A program made the translations under genes and the position numbers. The notes beneath the pieces are model-generated. The model was not told the origin of the DNA. It made no database searches and worked only from the letters and a program-made list of their open reading frames with translations. This document shows, piece by piece, positions 1 to 11,049 of a stretch of DNA of 64,000 nucleotides. The stretch is from NCBI GenBank assembly GCA_951406725.2, contig OX597834.1:33914001-33978000 (forward strand), written 5' to 3'. The stretch's first letter is position 1, and every line of letters begins with the position of its first letter. The DNA comes from Octopus vulgaris. Taxonomy: Eukaryota.

Positions 1-622
1 GAGGACCTATCAAAGCTAACGAGTAGAGATTCCTGGCAAACTGTGAAATGCATCTCAGCTGTGCTCACTCGAAGACGATGATCACAATGATGATGATGAT
101 GATAACAAGGGCAAGTGTTATTGTTCAAAGTAGGGTGACCCCTATCCCATCCCTGCTCCAGCACACTTACAATCACAGCCAACCATGACCATCCAGTCTT
201 TTTTTTTTACCAAGCTTTGTGTATATTATAAAACTGAACTATCCAATGTCCTTCCATTTTTGAAAGAGTAAGGTGTAAGTTGAGGCATTTTTTTCTTAAT
301 TGTTTCTAGCATGTCAAGAGATTGCAAAAAAGACTTTTGCTTAAACCTCAATGGCTTAGGATGATGGTTGGTGGTGATGATAATGATGAATTTATGAATC
401 TATATAAGATGATGTACTTAAAAAAAAAGGAAAACAGGTGGGTATTGGTTGGTATACCTCTGGTTGTGAATCTGTTTAATCAGGAATGAACTGGGGTTAA
501 TCCTTTAGTATTTCGATTTCTCTGTCAAATGTTATGCTTGTTTATTTACAATGTCTTGAATTAATCATGCATTATCTCGTAGCTTCAAGATTTCAATGAT
601 TTGATAGTTTATTACAAGAATA

Positions 623-927
623 ACACAAAAGCCGTTCGATTCACTTCAACATTTAAGTTTAATTTGTCAAAATATTTTCAAGTCACTAAAATCATGCGAC
701 CTGTTCACTGACAAAAATCCGTGCTGCATCTCGGATTTTTGTCAGTGAACAGGTCGCGGATTTTAGTGACGAAAATATTTTGACAAATTAAACTTAAATG
801 TTGAAGTGAATCGAACGGCTTTTGTGTGTTTCTTAAATGGCTTACAAACACCTTCCACGCTGCAATTGTTTTCGTTCCAGCACACGATCTCAGATCAAAT
901 CACTTGCTATGCGAGTACATCTCCGTA
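623..927. mobile_element. Fold-back (palindromic) Penelope-like terminal repeat, family 1
   Basis: Near-perfect inverted repeat 623-827 with apex at about 726, plus a unique extension to about 927. Second copy at 4837-4999. Carries a hammerhead-like motif. Confidence 0.6.
738..787 (+). ncRNA. Minimal type I hammerhead ribozyme motif, G3-C8 variant
   Basis: Stem I tttgtca/tgacaaa; core GUGAACA plus one extra G; stem II gtcgc/gtgac; GAAA; palindromic helix III AATATT; cleavage nucleotide U780. Confidence 0.6.
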
Positions 928-1569
928 ATTCTAGAATAACATTGAAGGGTAAGTGTGATAGGCCGGATCTGGCCAGTTTGAAGATAAAACAGGTAGATTC
1001 TTTTGGCTGCATATGACTGGTTTAAATCTAAAAGGTTAAACAACAACAACCAAGGAAGTTGTATATACAGAGTGTGTCTTGTTGCTTAGGTTCAAGTCTG
1101 CTCTGATGGAAAAGGGTGATCTGTGGTCAAATGTGTTCAAAACCTCTTTTTTCAGATTTTATCTTCAGATATGTTTATCTAGGAGTCCACCAGTCAATGT
1201 GTTCTTCCTTTTCTTATTGTGAGAAATGTACTCATACATAATAAAAAAACAAAAAGAAAAAATACACAGGATGGCTGCGGTTGGAATACTTTTGATTGTG
1301 AATCAGCTTAGCCATGGAGAGATTAGCAACAAAGTCATTAATCTTTCCATGATTGCTTGAATCTAATTCAGTAGAACATTTGTGTCAACACAGTCATACA
1401 ATTTCCCGACAATTATGTGACCTTGTTCCAATGTAATTAGCAAATTATTATTTTTATCGTCATTAAGGTGGTAAGATGGTAGGATTGTTGGATCGTCAGA
1501 AAAAATGCTTTGATGTGACCTTGTCCCAACATAATTAACAATATCAGTTTCATTATTTTATCATCGTAA

Positions 1570-1780
1570 GGTGACGAGCTGGCAGAATCGTTAGCACGCC
1601 AGGTGAAATGCTTAGCGGTATTTCATCCATCTTTATGTTGTGAGTTCAAATTCCACCAGGGTTCACTTTACCTTTCAGGGTCAATAAAATAAGTACCAGT
1701 TGAGTACTAGGGTTGATGCGATTGACTTAGCCACTCCCCTGAAATCTCAGCCCTTGTGCCAATAGTAGAAAGGGTTATTT
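1570..1780 (+). mobile_element. tRNA-derived SINE family A (ATT tail)
   Basis: Head ggtgacgagctggcagaatcgttagcac, B-box-like gagttcaaattcc, core gtcaataaaataagtaccag. Many copies in the window. Confidence 0.75.
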
Positions 1781-1999
1781 TATTACCATGATTCTACCAA
1801 TGTTGATTTTTGCCTTTTGTCCTTTGAAGGTTGATAAAATAAATACCAGTTGAGCACTGAGGTCAATGTCATTTAAATAACCCCCCCACACACACACACT
1901 CACACCTGAAATTGCTGGCCTTGTGCCAAAATTTGAAACCATAATTATATTAAAGTGATAAGCTGGCAGATGTTTGCTTTCTCATTGGTTGTGCTTTTT

Positions 2000-2035
<36 letters not shown>

Positions 2036-2310
2036 TAAATGTAATTCTTTTCCCAAATAAATTGCACTTCATAGTCAAGGCTCTGGTGAAGCTATAAGAT
2101 GTTACTCAGGCACTCAACTATGAATCAACTGCATGTTGTAGCAGAAACAGCTGTAAGCCAATGAAGTTCATAAGATAATCATTCATTCCTTTGTCATCAC
2201 ATTTTCTTTTATATATATATATATATCTCATCATCATCATCATTTAACATCTGTTGTCCATGCTGGTATAGGTTGGACAGTTTGACCAGGGCTGGCAAGC
2301 TGAAGACTCC

Positions 2311-2352
<42 letters not shown>

Positions 2353-3127
2353 ATGTATGTCTACATGCATATACACACATACAAGTGTGTGTATACATAC
2401 ACACACATTTTTCTTTGTCTATTGAAATTGAGATATTGTTTACAAAATTTTAAAGAATCACAGAATTATGTTCATGTTCCATTTGTATCCAGTAAAAAAG
2501 GGTTCCATGTTCTTTGGTGCAGAAATATCAGTTAAGCATCACAAGCAAAAAGCTGAAGAGAATTGTTTAATTCTGCATAAGAGAGAGCCTAGATTTAATA
2601 AAAACATAGGTTTAATAAAAACAAGGCTAAAAATGAAAAGCTCCAGAAAATAAATAGCACAGCCATGATATACACTTTGTTTTAAAGTAGTCTAAATTAA
2701 AATGTTCCATCAAAATTTTCAAGTTTATTTGTTCCAAACATTGGCTTGATAGTGACTATTATTTTACTAAATTCTTAATTATTTTCAAAATTAAAAACAA
2801 ATGAGCTAAAAGGATCTAAATTTAAAACCATGCAACAAAATTTCATGTTGGTTTATATTCAAAACACTAATTCAATAATAACAAGGCTATTTTACAAAAT
2901 TCTTCATTATCGTCAAAAATAACCAAAATAAAAATAAATATGGTAACAAAAGGGTTTTTAAAAATGGATATATTAGGAGAGCATATCCAAAAGTGGCTTC
3001 CAGGCTGGACACAATTTCTGAGATTCTGTAAATCATGGTGCCTCTCAATGTATTTTTTAAAAATATATTTTTAAAACAAAGAGTTTTCACCATTTTCAAA
3101 GTAATAAGCTTATTATTATTATTCTCT

Positions 3128-3346
3128 TAATCCTTTTGATACCAAAATGTTCAAGACTTCTCTTGGTTCTATGATATCAACTTCTAGTTTTAAAGTGATC
3201 TAAAACCTTTCATCAAAATTCCATGTTATGTTCTGAATACCAGCTTAATAACAATAAAGTTATCTTACTAAATTCTTTATTATTTTCAAAATTATGGAAA
3301 CAAAATCAGTGCATTTTAATAGAAATTTGGTAAGAAAAAGGATTAA
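3128..3346. mobile_element. Second TTAA-flanked MITE family
   Basis: ttaa-tccttttgatacc ... ggtaagaaaaagga-ttaa. Related fragments at about 2650-2960 and 10230-10441. Confidence 0.45.
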
Positions 3347-4369
3347 ACAATTCTGGTTTCATTTAATTCTTATTAAAATTAGGGTGTCTGAATTTGGCCC
3401 CAAAATACTGACACTGGTTCTGTGATTTTTGGAAAACTGCCTAAGAATATCACAATAAGTTTTGAGAACTGCTGTGTTAGATAACGCAGTCCGAGAAATG
3501 CCAAAGAAACAGGGTGGGGAGGATTCAGGATAAGTCTGAATTGCTTCTGACCATGTATGCTCAATCAACACTGACCTACAGCTAAGCAACAATATCAATA
3601 ACAGCAACAATATTTCTTAATGCCCAAAATCAGTAGAGATAAAAAAAAAAATTTTTTTTAACTAATCCAATTAAAGAAAAGTAAAACTTTTTTAAATGCT
3701 GAAAAGTCATCATCATCATCATCATCATCATCACTGCCATTGTTTTAATGTCTACTTCTCCATGTTTGCAAAGGTCAGGTGGAATTCTTGAGGTAGGTTT
3801 TCTATGGCTGGATGCCCTTTCAGTCACCAACCTTCACCCGTTTGCAAGTAAGGTAATATTTCTCCATGGCCTGATACACTTTAATCGCAGAAAGTTGGAA
3901 ACAACTGTCATTAATGGTACAATGGTGACACCCGTTTACAACCACTGCATGTCAAGGCAAGGACACACACACAGACAGACACACACACACACACACAGAC
4001 ACACACACACATGATGAGCTTGCTTAAGCTTCTAAACCCACCCAAAATACTTTGGTCGGCATAGGGTTGTAATAAAGATACTTGCCCAAGGATCCACACA
4101 TTGGGGCTGAACTCAGGAACCAAATGGTTGAAGAGAAAGTTCTTAAACACACAGCCATGAGAAGGAAAGATTTTGGACCAATAAGCTCATTGCCAGCCAG
4201 TATATTTTAACTATTTACATCTTTATGTTGTTTTGATTGATTTGATCTGCTCTCACCATCAGAGATCATATTCCTGGATGTGTATATCATACCAAAATTT
4301 ATTTATAATATTATCTTGGTATTACACAAAGAAATAGTCTTGAAGAAACAAATGAGAGAGAAAACAGTT

Positions 4370-4723
4370 AAGAACAAGGGCACTCAGAGAGCACAAACCT
4401 CTGCCAAGGCAACACCAATGTTGCCTTGGCAACAATTAGACAGAGATGATTTTTAAAATGAGAATATCTGAAATAAACTCGACTACTCTCACAAACGAGA
4501 ATACTAAAATTAAGTAAAAACACAGGAAAAATAATCCAGAATACTTGTCCAGTACCAGATTGATCCCAAAATCTAATCAGTTCATGCCAGTCATGAGGCC
4601 AAACATCCCTGAAAATTTTGACTGAATCCATCCAGCAGTTCTTGAGATATCTTGTCCACAGACAAAGAAGCAAATGAACACGATTGAAAACAAGACCTCT
4701 GCCTTTGCTAAGGCGGCGGTAAT
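4370..4723 (-). mobile_element. Non-autonomous Helentron/DINE-like element
   Basis: Related motifs near both ends (acctctgccaagg near one; acctctgcctttgctaaggcggcggt hairpin near the other). Internal part repeated in opposite orientation at about 16040-16425. Confidence 0.4.
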
Positions 4724-4836
4724 TATGTGTACATCCAGAAATAAGAACACTAAGTGATAATAGGTGACCAAACTGATTGAAACATAAGGTAGATGTAAAT
4801 ATTGCCAATACACACTGTAAAGATGATCATCAGAGG

Positions 4837-4999
4837 TCACTGACAAAATTCCGTGCAGCATGGAATTTTGTCAGTGAACAGGTCGCAGTCTCAAAGCGGC
4901 GAAAATATTTTGGCAAATTAAATTTAAATGTTGAAGTGAATCTAACGGTTTTTGTGTGTTTTTAAATGGGCTTATAGACACCTTCCACACTGCAATTGT
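4837..4999 (+). mobile_element. Fold-back Penelope-like repeat family 1, copy 2, with G3-C8 hammerhead at 4867-4917
   Basis: Homologous to 707-868, with the same apex but a short arm of only about 20 bp. Motif tttgtca-GTGAACA-g-gtcgc..gcggc-GAAA-atatt-t-tggcaaa. Ends in a (CA)/(TA) microsatellite. Confidence 0.6.
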
Positions 5000-5009
5000 A
5001 CACACACAC

Positions 5010-5049
<40 letters not shown>

Positions 5050-5068
5050 ATACATACACATATATATA

Positions 5069-5230
5069 GGGAGAGTTTACGAAAAAAACAAAAGGCGAAG
5101 ACAGATGGTGTACAAAACAAACAGATGTATTAGTATAACGCTCAGGAATAGAAAAAGTCTTTTATGTTTCGAGTCTACGCTCTTCTACAGAAAGGGACAC
5201 AGAAAAAACAAGGAGAGAAAAAAATGTGTG
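5069..5230 (-). mobile_element. Penelope-like terminal repeat with degenerate hammerhead (5159-5194)
   Basis: Minus strand cttt-CTGTAGA-a-gagc..actc-GAAA-cat-a-aaag. Layout resembles the 34.4/35.4 kb family. Inserted in (TA)n. Confidence 0.45.
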
Positions 5231-5510
5231 TATGTGTGTGTGTATATATATATATAGTAAATATATATTTGAAAGAAGAGGACTAGAAGTTATACTTTGA
5301 CTGAAATGAAGTGAAGATATAAATGTTGTAAATATAGTCAATAAAGAAGATGATCAGAAATAAAATTATTTGAAATCATAAATGTGTGTGTGTGTGTGTG
5401 GGGGGGGGGTGTTGACTGGAAGGGCATCTGGCCGAAGAAAAGCTACCTCAGCAAATTCGATCTGACTCATACAAGCATGTTAAATGGTGACGACATTGAT
5501 GATGGTGAGA

Positions 5511-5548
<38 letters not shown>

Positions 5549-5652
5549 AGTACACATATACATACATGCATACATATACACACATACACAAATATATACA
5601 TACACATATATATATGTATATACATATATATATATACATACATACACACACA

Positions 5653-5714
<62 letters not shown>

Positions 5715-5796
5715 AAAATAAATATGTATTTGCGTGTGTGCACGTTCATGTATGCATGTATGTATTATGTTTGTGTGTGTATATAATTATAAATAT

Positions 5797-6174
5797 AAAG
5801 AATGGAATGCACAAATAATTTTACTACTTCATTTACAATTGTTTCGTCTTAGCTCAATACAATCACACTTGAACATTCTGCAATAATACGTACAACTATT
5901 GATTACTTTCCATGCGCTATTCAAGGTAACCTTCATCACATATGCTGAATAAGTCTCTGCAGAACTGCACACATAACAATATGCTGCTTTTTAATAATTT
6001 TGTATGCAACTCTGAAGCGCCTTAATCAGCAAGTGTTATAAAGGTTACCTTGAAGAGTATAAGAAAAGTAATCAATAGACAGTCATATTATTGCATAATG
6101 TTCCATATTGATTGCACCAAACTAAGACAAAGCTATTCTAAAGTAGTAAAATGAAATTATTGTTCCGTTCTTTC
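5797..6174. repeat. Old, diverged inverted repeat of about 375 bp
   Basis: Arms pair throughout, e.g. ttactactt/aagtagtaa, tcttag/ctaaga, ctattgattacttt/aaagtaatcaatag, ttcaaggtaacctt/aaggttaccttgaa. Confidence 0.75.
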
Positions 6175-6337
6175 TGTTTGTCATTTTATAAATTCTGTGG
6201 TTAATTGAGGATTCTTCAGATATTCGTTTGGAAGAACAAACGATATCGAGTTTACAATTTTATCTCTGATAGCCAATATCAGTGGATGAGCTCAATGTGG
6301 TAAACACCATGGTTATATAGTCTAGTAAAAACCATTT

Positions 6338-6375
<38 letters not shown>

Positions 6376-6671
6376 CATACAGATAACATATGTACTTGCA
6401 TCAGAGATCAAACTGATGAAATAATATAGTGTTTTTATAAGAAAAAAATTGATGACAAAGGAAGAAGCGATTATCTTATGAACATCATTACCTGAAGTTC
6501 ATTGGTTATTCCTTTGTCATTTCATTTTCTTACAACCATTCTGTACTCAACTAATGCCTTGTTCAGAAGTATACACATATCGATCTCTACAGCAGGTTAT
6601 TAGTATTGTTATCCCTAAATGAAAGATTAAAACATAAAAAGTCCCATCCAGAATTCACACACACACACAGA

Positions 6672-7327
6672 TTTGCTAGTACATGTGCCGGTGGCACATG
6701 AAAAACAACATTCGAGCATGGTCATTGTCAGTGCCGCCAGACTGGCTCCCGTGCAGGTAGCACGTAAAAACACCTTTTGAGTGTGGTCATTGTCAGTGCC
6801 GCCAGACTGGCTCCCGTGCAGGTAGCACGTAAAAACACCTTTTGAGTGTGGTCATTGTCAGTGCCGCCAGACTGGCTCCCGTGCAGGTAGCACGTAAAAA
6901 CACCTTTTGAGTGTGGTCATTGTCAGTGCCGCCAGACTGGCTCCCGTGCAGGTAGCACGTAAAAACACCTTTTGAGTGTGGTCATTGTCAGTGCCGCCAG
7001 ACTGGCTCCCGTGCAGGTAGCACGTAAAAACACCTTTTGAGTGTGGTCATTGTCAGTGCCGCCAGACTGGCTCCCGTGCAGGTAGCACGTAAAAACACCT
7101 TTTGAGTGTGGTCGTTGCCAGAATCGCCTGACTGGCCCTCATGCCAGTGGCACGTAAAAGTTCCCAATACACTCTCGGAGTGGTTGGCATTAGGAAGGGC
7201 ATCCAGTTGTAGAAACTTTGCCAGATCAGATTGAGCCTGGTGCAGACACTGGCTTACCAGTCCTCAGTCAAACTGTTCAACCCATGCCAGCATGGAAAGC
7301 TGACATTAAACAATGATGATGATGATA
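6672..7327 (+). mobile_element. (GAT)n-tailed retroposon family C with an internal minisatellite
   Basis: Conserved 3' block ggttggcattaggaagggcatccag...ccatgccagcatggaaa...(gat)n. Other copies at about 35650-35890, 50570-50812 and 57982-58470. Confidence 0.65.
6719..7113. repeat. Tandem array of six identical 65-bp units
   Basis: caccttttgagtgtggtc recurs at 6771, 6836, 6901, 6966, 7031 and 7096, with identical sequence between the occurrences. Confidence 0.95.
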
Positions 7328-7424
7328 CATACATACATACATACATATATACATAACTGTTGAACAATGAAAATGAGTGCTCAACACCACATTGTTGGAT
7401 AAGATTCCTTTATTTGTTTATTAA

Positions 7425-7482
7425 GGCTACCATTGGTTTCATGTTAAGGAAATATTTTAATATCTTAACAATTTTTCAAGCC
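7425..7482 (-). ncRNA. Hammerhead ribozyme motif, U3-A8 variant, partly decayed
   Basis: Minus strand ggc-TTGAAAA-at-tgttaag..cttaaca-t-GAAA-ccaatggt-A-gcc followed by ttAATAAA. GUA cleavage triplet. Confidence 0.5.
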
Positions 7483-7841
7483 AATCACATGGAGGAATGG
7501 TGTTCATCTCCATTTTGAAAGAAAACATGAAAGCTCTTGGGAATTCACAACATATATATATATACATACACACACACACATATGTGCACACGCACACACA
7601 TACACACATAATTTAATTTGTTTAAAGCAAATGCCTGTGAGTGCAGTTATGCTCCTAGGCTTCTTGTGGTTGGCTACCGTCTGTCATTCCCATTTTCCAG
7701 AGTAATCCTATGGGATGGTTATATATGCAAAACTCCTTAAAGTTTAGGATAAATATAAATGAACATGTGGGATACAGAAACATGTTGCAATACATTAATA
7801 AAGTTTTAAAATTTCCACCCACAACTAATTTTCATTATGAC

Positions 7842-7883
<42 letters not shown>

Positions 7884-8284
7884 TTGTATCTATACACACA
7901 CTACAGTTATGATAATCAGATAGGTTATTGACCAAACCATTATAATGGAGATATAATAATTACAGAGATATGCATATATGATAAACAGAGATGAAACTGA
8001 TTGAAAAAGATATAAATATTGTAAATACAAAGTGTATATATGATGAGCAAACCAGAGATCAGACTGATAGAAACAGATATAAATATTGCAAATATACAGT
8101 GTATATATGATGAGAGAATTAGAGATCAAAGTGATAGAAGCATAGTGTTGATGTAAATTATAGTAAATATTCACAGCAAATATGAGTTTGATAATTTTTC
8201 AAAGTATATATTCATATGTAGAAAGGTTTCTTTAAAAAATTTAAAGCTTTATAATAACATGAAATGGAATATATAAATATATAT

Positions 8285-8450
8285 AGGTGTAGGAGTGGCT
8301 GTGTGGTAAGTAGCTTGCTTACGAACTACATGGTTCCGGGTTCAGTCCCACTGCATGGCACCTTGGGTAAGTGTCTTCTACTATAGCCTCGGGCCAACCA
8401 AAGCCTTGTGAGTGGATTTGGTAGGCAGAAACTGAAAGAAGCCTGTCGTA

Positions 8451-8493
<43 letters not shown>

Positions 8494-8710
8494 ATGTGTG
8501 TGTTTGTGTGTCTGTGTTTGTCCCTTCCAACATCGCTTGACAACTGATGCTGGTGTGTTTACGTACCCGTAACTTAGCAGTTCGGCAAAAAAGAGACCAA
8601 TAAAATAAGTACTAGTCTTACAAAGAATAAGTCCTGGGGTCGATTTGATCAACTAAAGGCGGTGCTCCAGCATGGCCACAGTCACATGACTGAAACAAGT
8701 GAAAGAGAGT
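8285..8710 (+). mobile_element. Bipartite tRNA-headed SINE family B with an internal (TA)/(TG) microsatellite
   Basis: Head aggagtggctgtgtggtaag..ggttcagtccc and tail ggcggtgctccagcatggcc..gactgaaacaag. Many copies. Confidence 0.75.
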
Positions 8711-8993
8711 ATATATGAGGGCGCATGGCCTAGTGCTTAGGGTGTTGCGAGATTGTGGTTTCAATTCCTAGACCGGGTAGTGTGTTGTGTTCTTGAGCAA
8801 AACACTTCCTCTCATGTCGCTCTCTGATCACTTCAACACCTGACGCGTGGCACACAGTTCATCCCTGTAGACAGTGTCCATTTGATGGAGAGGGTGAGCT
8901 AATGTGTGGCATGAACATTTGATCACTATAAACAAATCATTCGTTTAACTATATTTGATGGCCTACATGGCATGGAGGTATATAAAATGCACC

Positions 8994-9134
8994 CAGGGTT
9001 GACTTAAGGCATGAGCATACAAGGGGCCTCACTGATCTAGTGGCCCCCTATGTATGCTACTGTTAATAAAAAATATGATAGGGTCTAGAACACTGATTTG
9101 CCTGAAGCCCTTTAAAGCTGTTAAGATGATCCTG
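8994..9134. mobile_element. hAT-type MITE
   Basis: CAGG...CCTG ends with an 8-bp target duplication aatgcacc/aatgcgcc (7/8 match). Confidence 0.55.
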
Positions 9135-9774
9135 AATGCGCCCCAATTTCAGCAGCACATATTCAAGAAAAACAGTTTTTAGTTCATTAAAGCAATTTAA
9201 TATTCAAGACAACCAAGTTTTACATTAGAAAAGTAAATTAGCAGAAAACATTACAGTATAATAATAATAATGTTTAAGCCTTTAGCATTTGAACTAATCC
9301 AATCCAGCCCACATATTCTACACATTTAATGTTCAAACTGGCCTGATCTGGCTTCTCACACCTACCCTACAAGGTCATTCTAAATATATTCACAACATCA
9401 AAATTGTGAAGCTACAAAATGTGAAGCTATAAAATTGTGAAGCTACAATGCACAATTTAATTCATAACAATGAGAATCAATAAGTATTACGTTTCGTTTG
9501 ACAGAATATTCTGAATTAAACGCACCCAGTTACACATTGTAAAGTGGTTGGTGTTAGGAAGGACATCCAGCTGGGGAAGCCATGTCAAAACAGACAAATG
9601 GAGCCGAAACAGCTATCCAGTTCCTGTCAAACCATCCAACCCATGCCAGCATGGAGAGCAGAAGTTAAATGATGAAGACAATGATGATTTTAAAGGGTTA
9701 CAGCAATCTAATATTACATTGCAAAACACCACAAAAGTGCCTTAGTTGTACCAGTAAATATTATTATTATTATT

Positions 9775-9812
<38 letters not shown>

Positions 9813-10145
9813 CAGCAACAATAAAATATTGTATTTATGTCTTTGGAGAAGACATGAAACTCATACCTTTACTTTTTTTTTATCTATTTCTAAAATTTAT
9901 ATACAAACTTAGACTTGTTATTATTATTATTATCATTATTATTATTATGATTTTAATTATTAAGGTAGTGAGCTGGCAGAATTTTTAACACACTGTACAA
10001 ACTGCTAAGCGCCATTTTGTCTGTCTTTACATTCTGTGTTCAAATTCTGATAAAGTAGACTTCACCTGTCATCCTTTTGGGGGTCAATGTAATTGATTAG
10101 CTCACTTCCCCCAAAGGTTCAGGCCTTATGCCTATAGTATAAAGA

Positions 10146-10178
<33 letters not shown>

Positions 10179-11049
10179 ATTATTATTATAAGGTGGTAGA
10201 TTAGCAGAATCAATAGAGCAATATTTTTTTAATTAATTGAAAAATGTATTTCAACAGAAATATGGTAACAAAAGGGTTAAAGTGATCTAAATGAAAAACC
10301 TTCCCCCAAAATTTCATAATTTTTGCTCCAAAATATCAACTTAATAATGAGAAAGCTATTTTACAGAACTTTTCATTATTTTCGAAATTAGTTGAAACAA
10401 AGCCTGTGTATTTTAACAGAAATATGATAATAAAAGGGTTAAATTCGGGGGGGGGGAGGAGAAGAAGAAGAAGAAGAAGAAGAAGAAGAAGAGTGTAATA
10501 TGATTGATTTTTCTTTATTGAAAAATATTTCAGCTGTTTGTCTGACTTCCACAGATTGAAAAAAAAAAGAAAGAATAACAAAAAAAATTGAAAATATACA
10601 GAAGTGCAGATATTCAAAAATTCATTTTCCAAGCCAAAAGAAAAGCGAGAGAAAAAAAGACATCAACTTTCACTCATTCATAACTGATTTTTTTTCCTTT
10701 TTTTCTCTTCTTTTTGTTATACCAAACTTATGAACAAGCAAGACTTTATGATGTCTCATTGTTTGTTTTCTTTTCTTTTCTTTTTTGTCTAGGAAGTAAT
10801 GCGGAATAGTTGAATTTTTTTTAATTTCTGCATTTCTGCAATTTTTTTTAATATTTTTTATTATTCCTGTCTTACTTTAACCTGAGGAAGACAGACACAG
10901 TTGAAATATTATTCAAGAAACAAAGTCAATCTGTGATGTTTCTTGGATTTTTTTTTTAATTACACATCATGCTTTTTTTTTAACTGTGTTTCACCTTTGT
11001 GAAGAGTTACACCAATTTTAATAAATCAGCGCCACCATCATTATCATCA

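Larger units (their letters stand above)
497..1039. mobile_element. TTAA-flanked MITE (piggyBac-like ends) with a nested palindromic insert
   Basis: Ends ttaa-tcctttagtatt ... aatctaaaagg-ttaa. Body matches the copies at 12967-13192, 30627-30852 and about 9273-9520. Interrupted at about 615-927 by the hammerhead palindrome. Confidence 0.55.

Noticed and set aside
3490-3545. Possible next MYO3 exon (LNPPHP on the minus strand)
   Set aside because: Lacks the expected WS..F.DFI continuation and a suitably phased acceptor. The expected short exon was not found in 1-20500.
5895-5945. Second hammerhead candidate inside the 5.8-6.2 kb palindrome (cttgaa(t/g)a...gaaa)
   Set aside because: No stem II, helix III or UH site could be assigned.
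6719-7113. CRISPR-like array
   Set aside because: Units are contiguous and identical with no unique spacers, there are no cas genes and the context is eukaryotic. It is a minisatellite.
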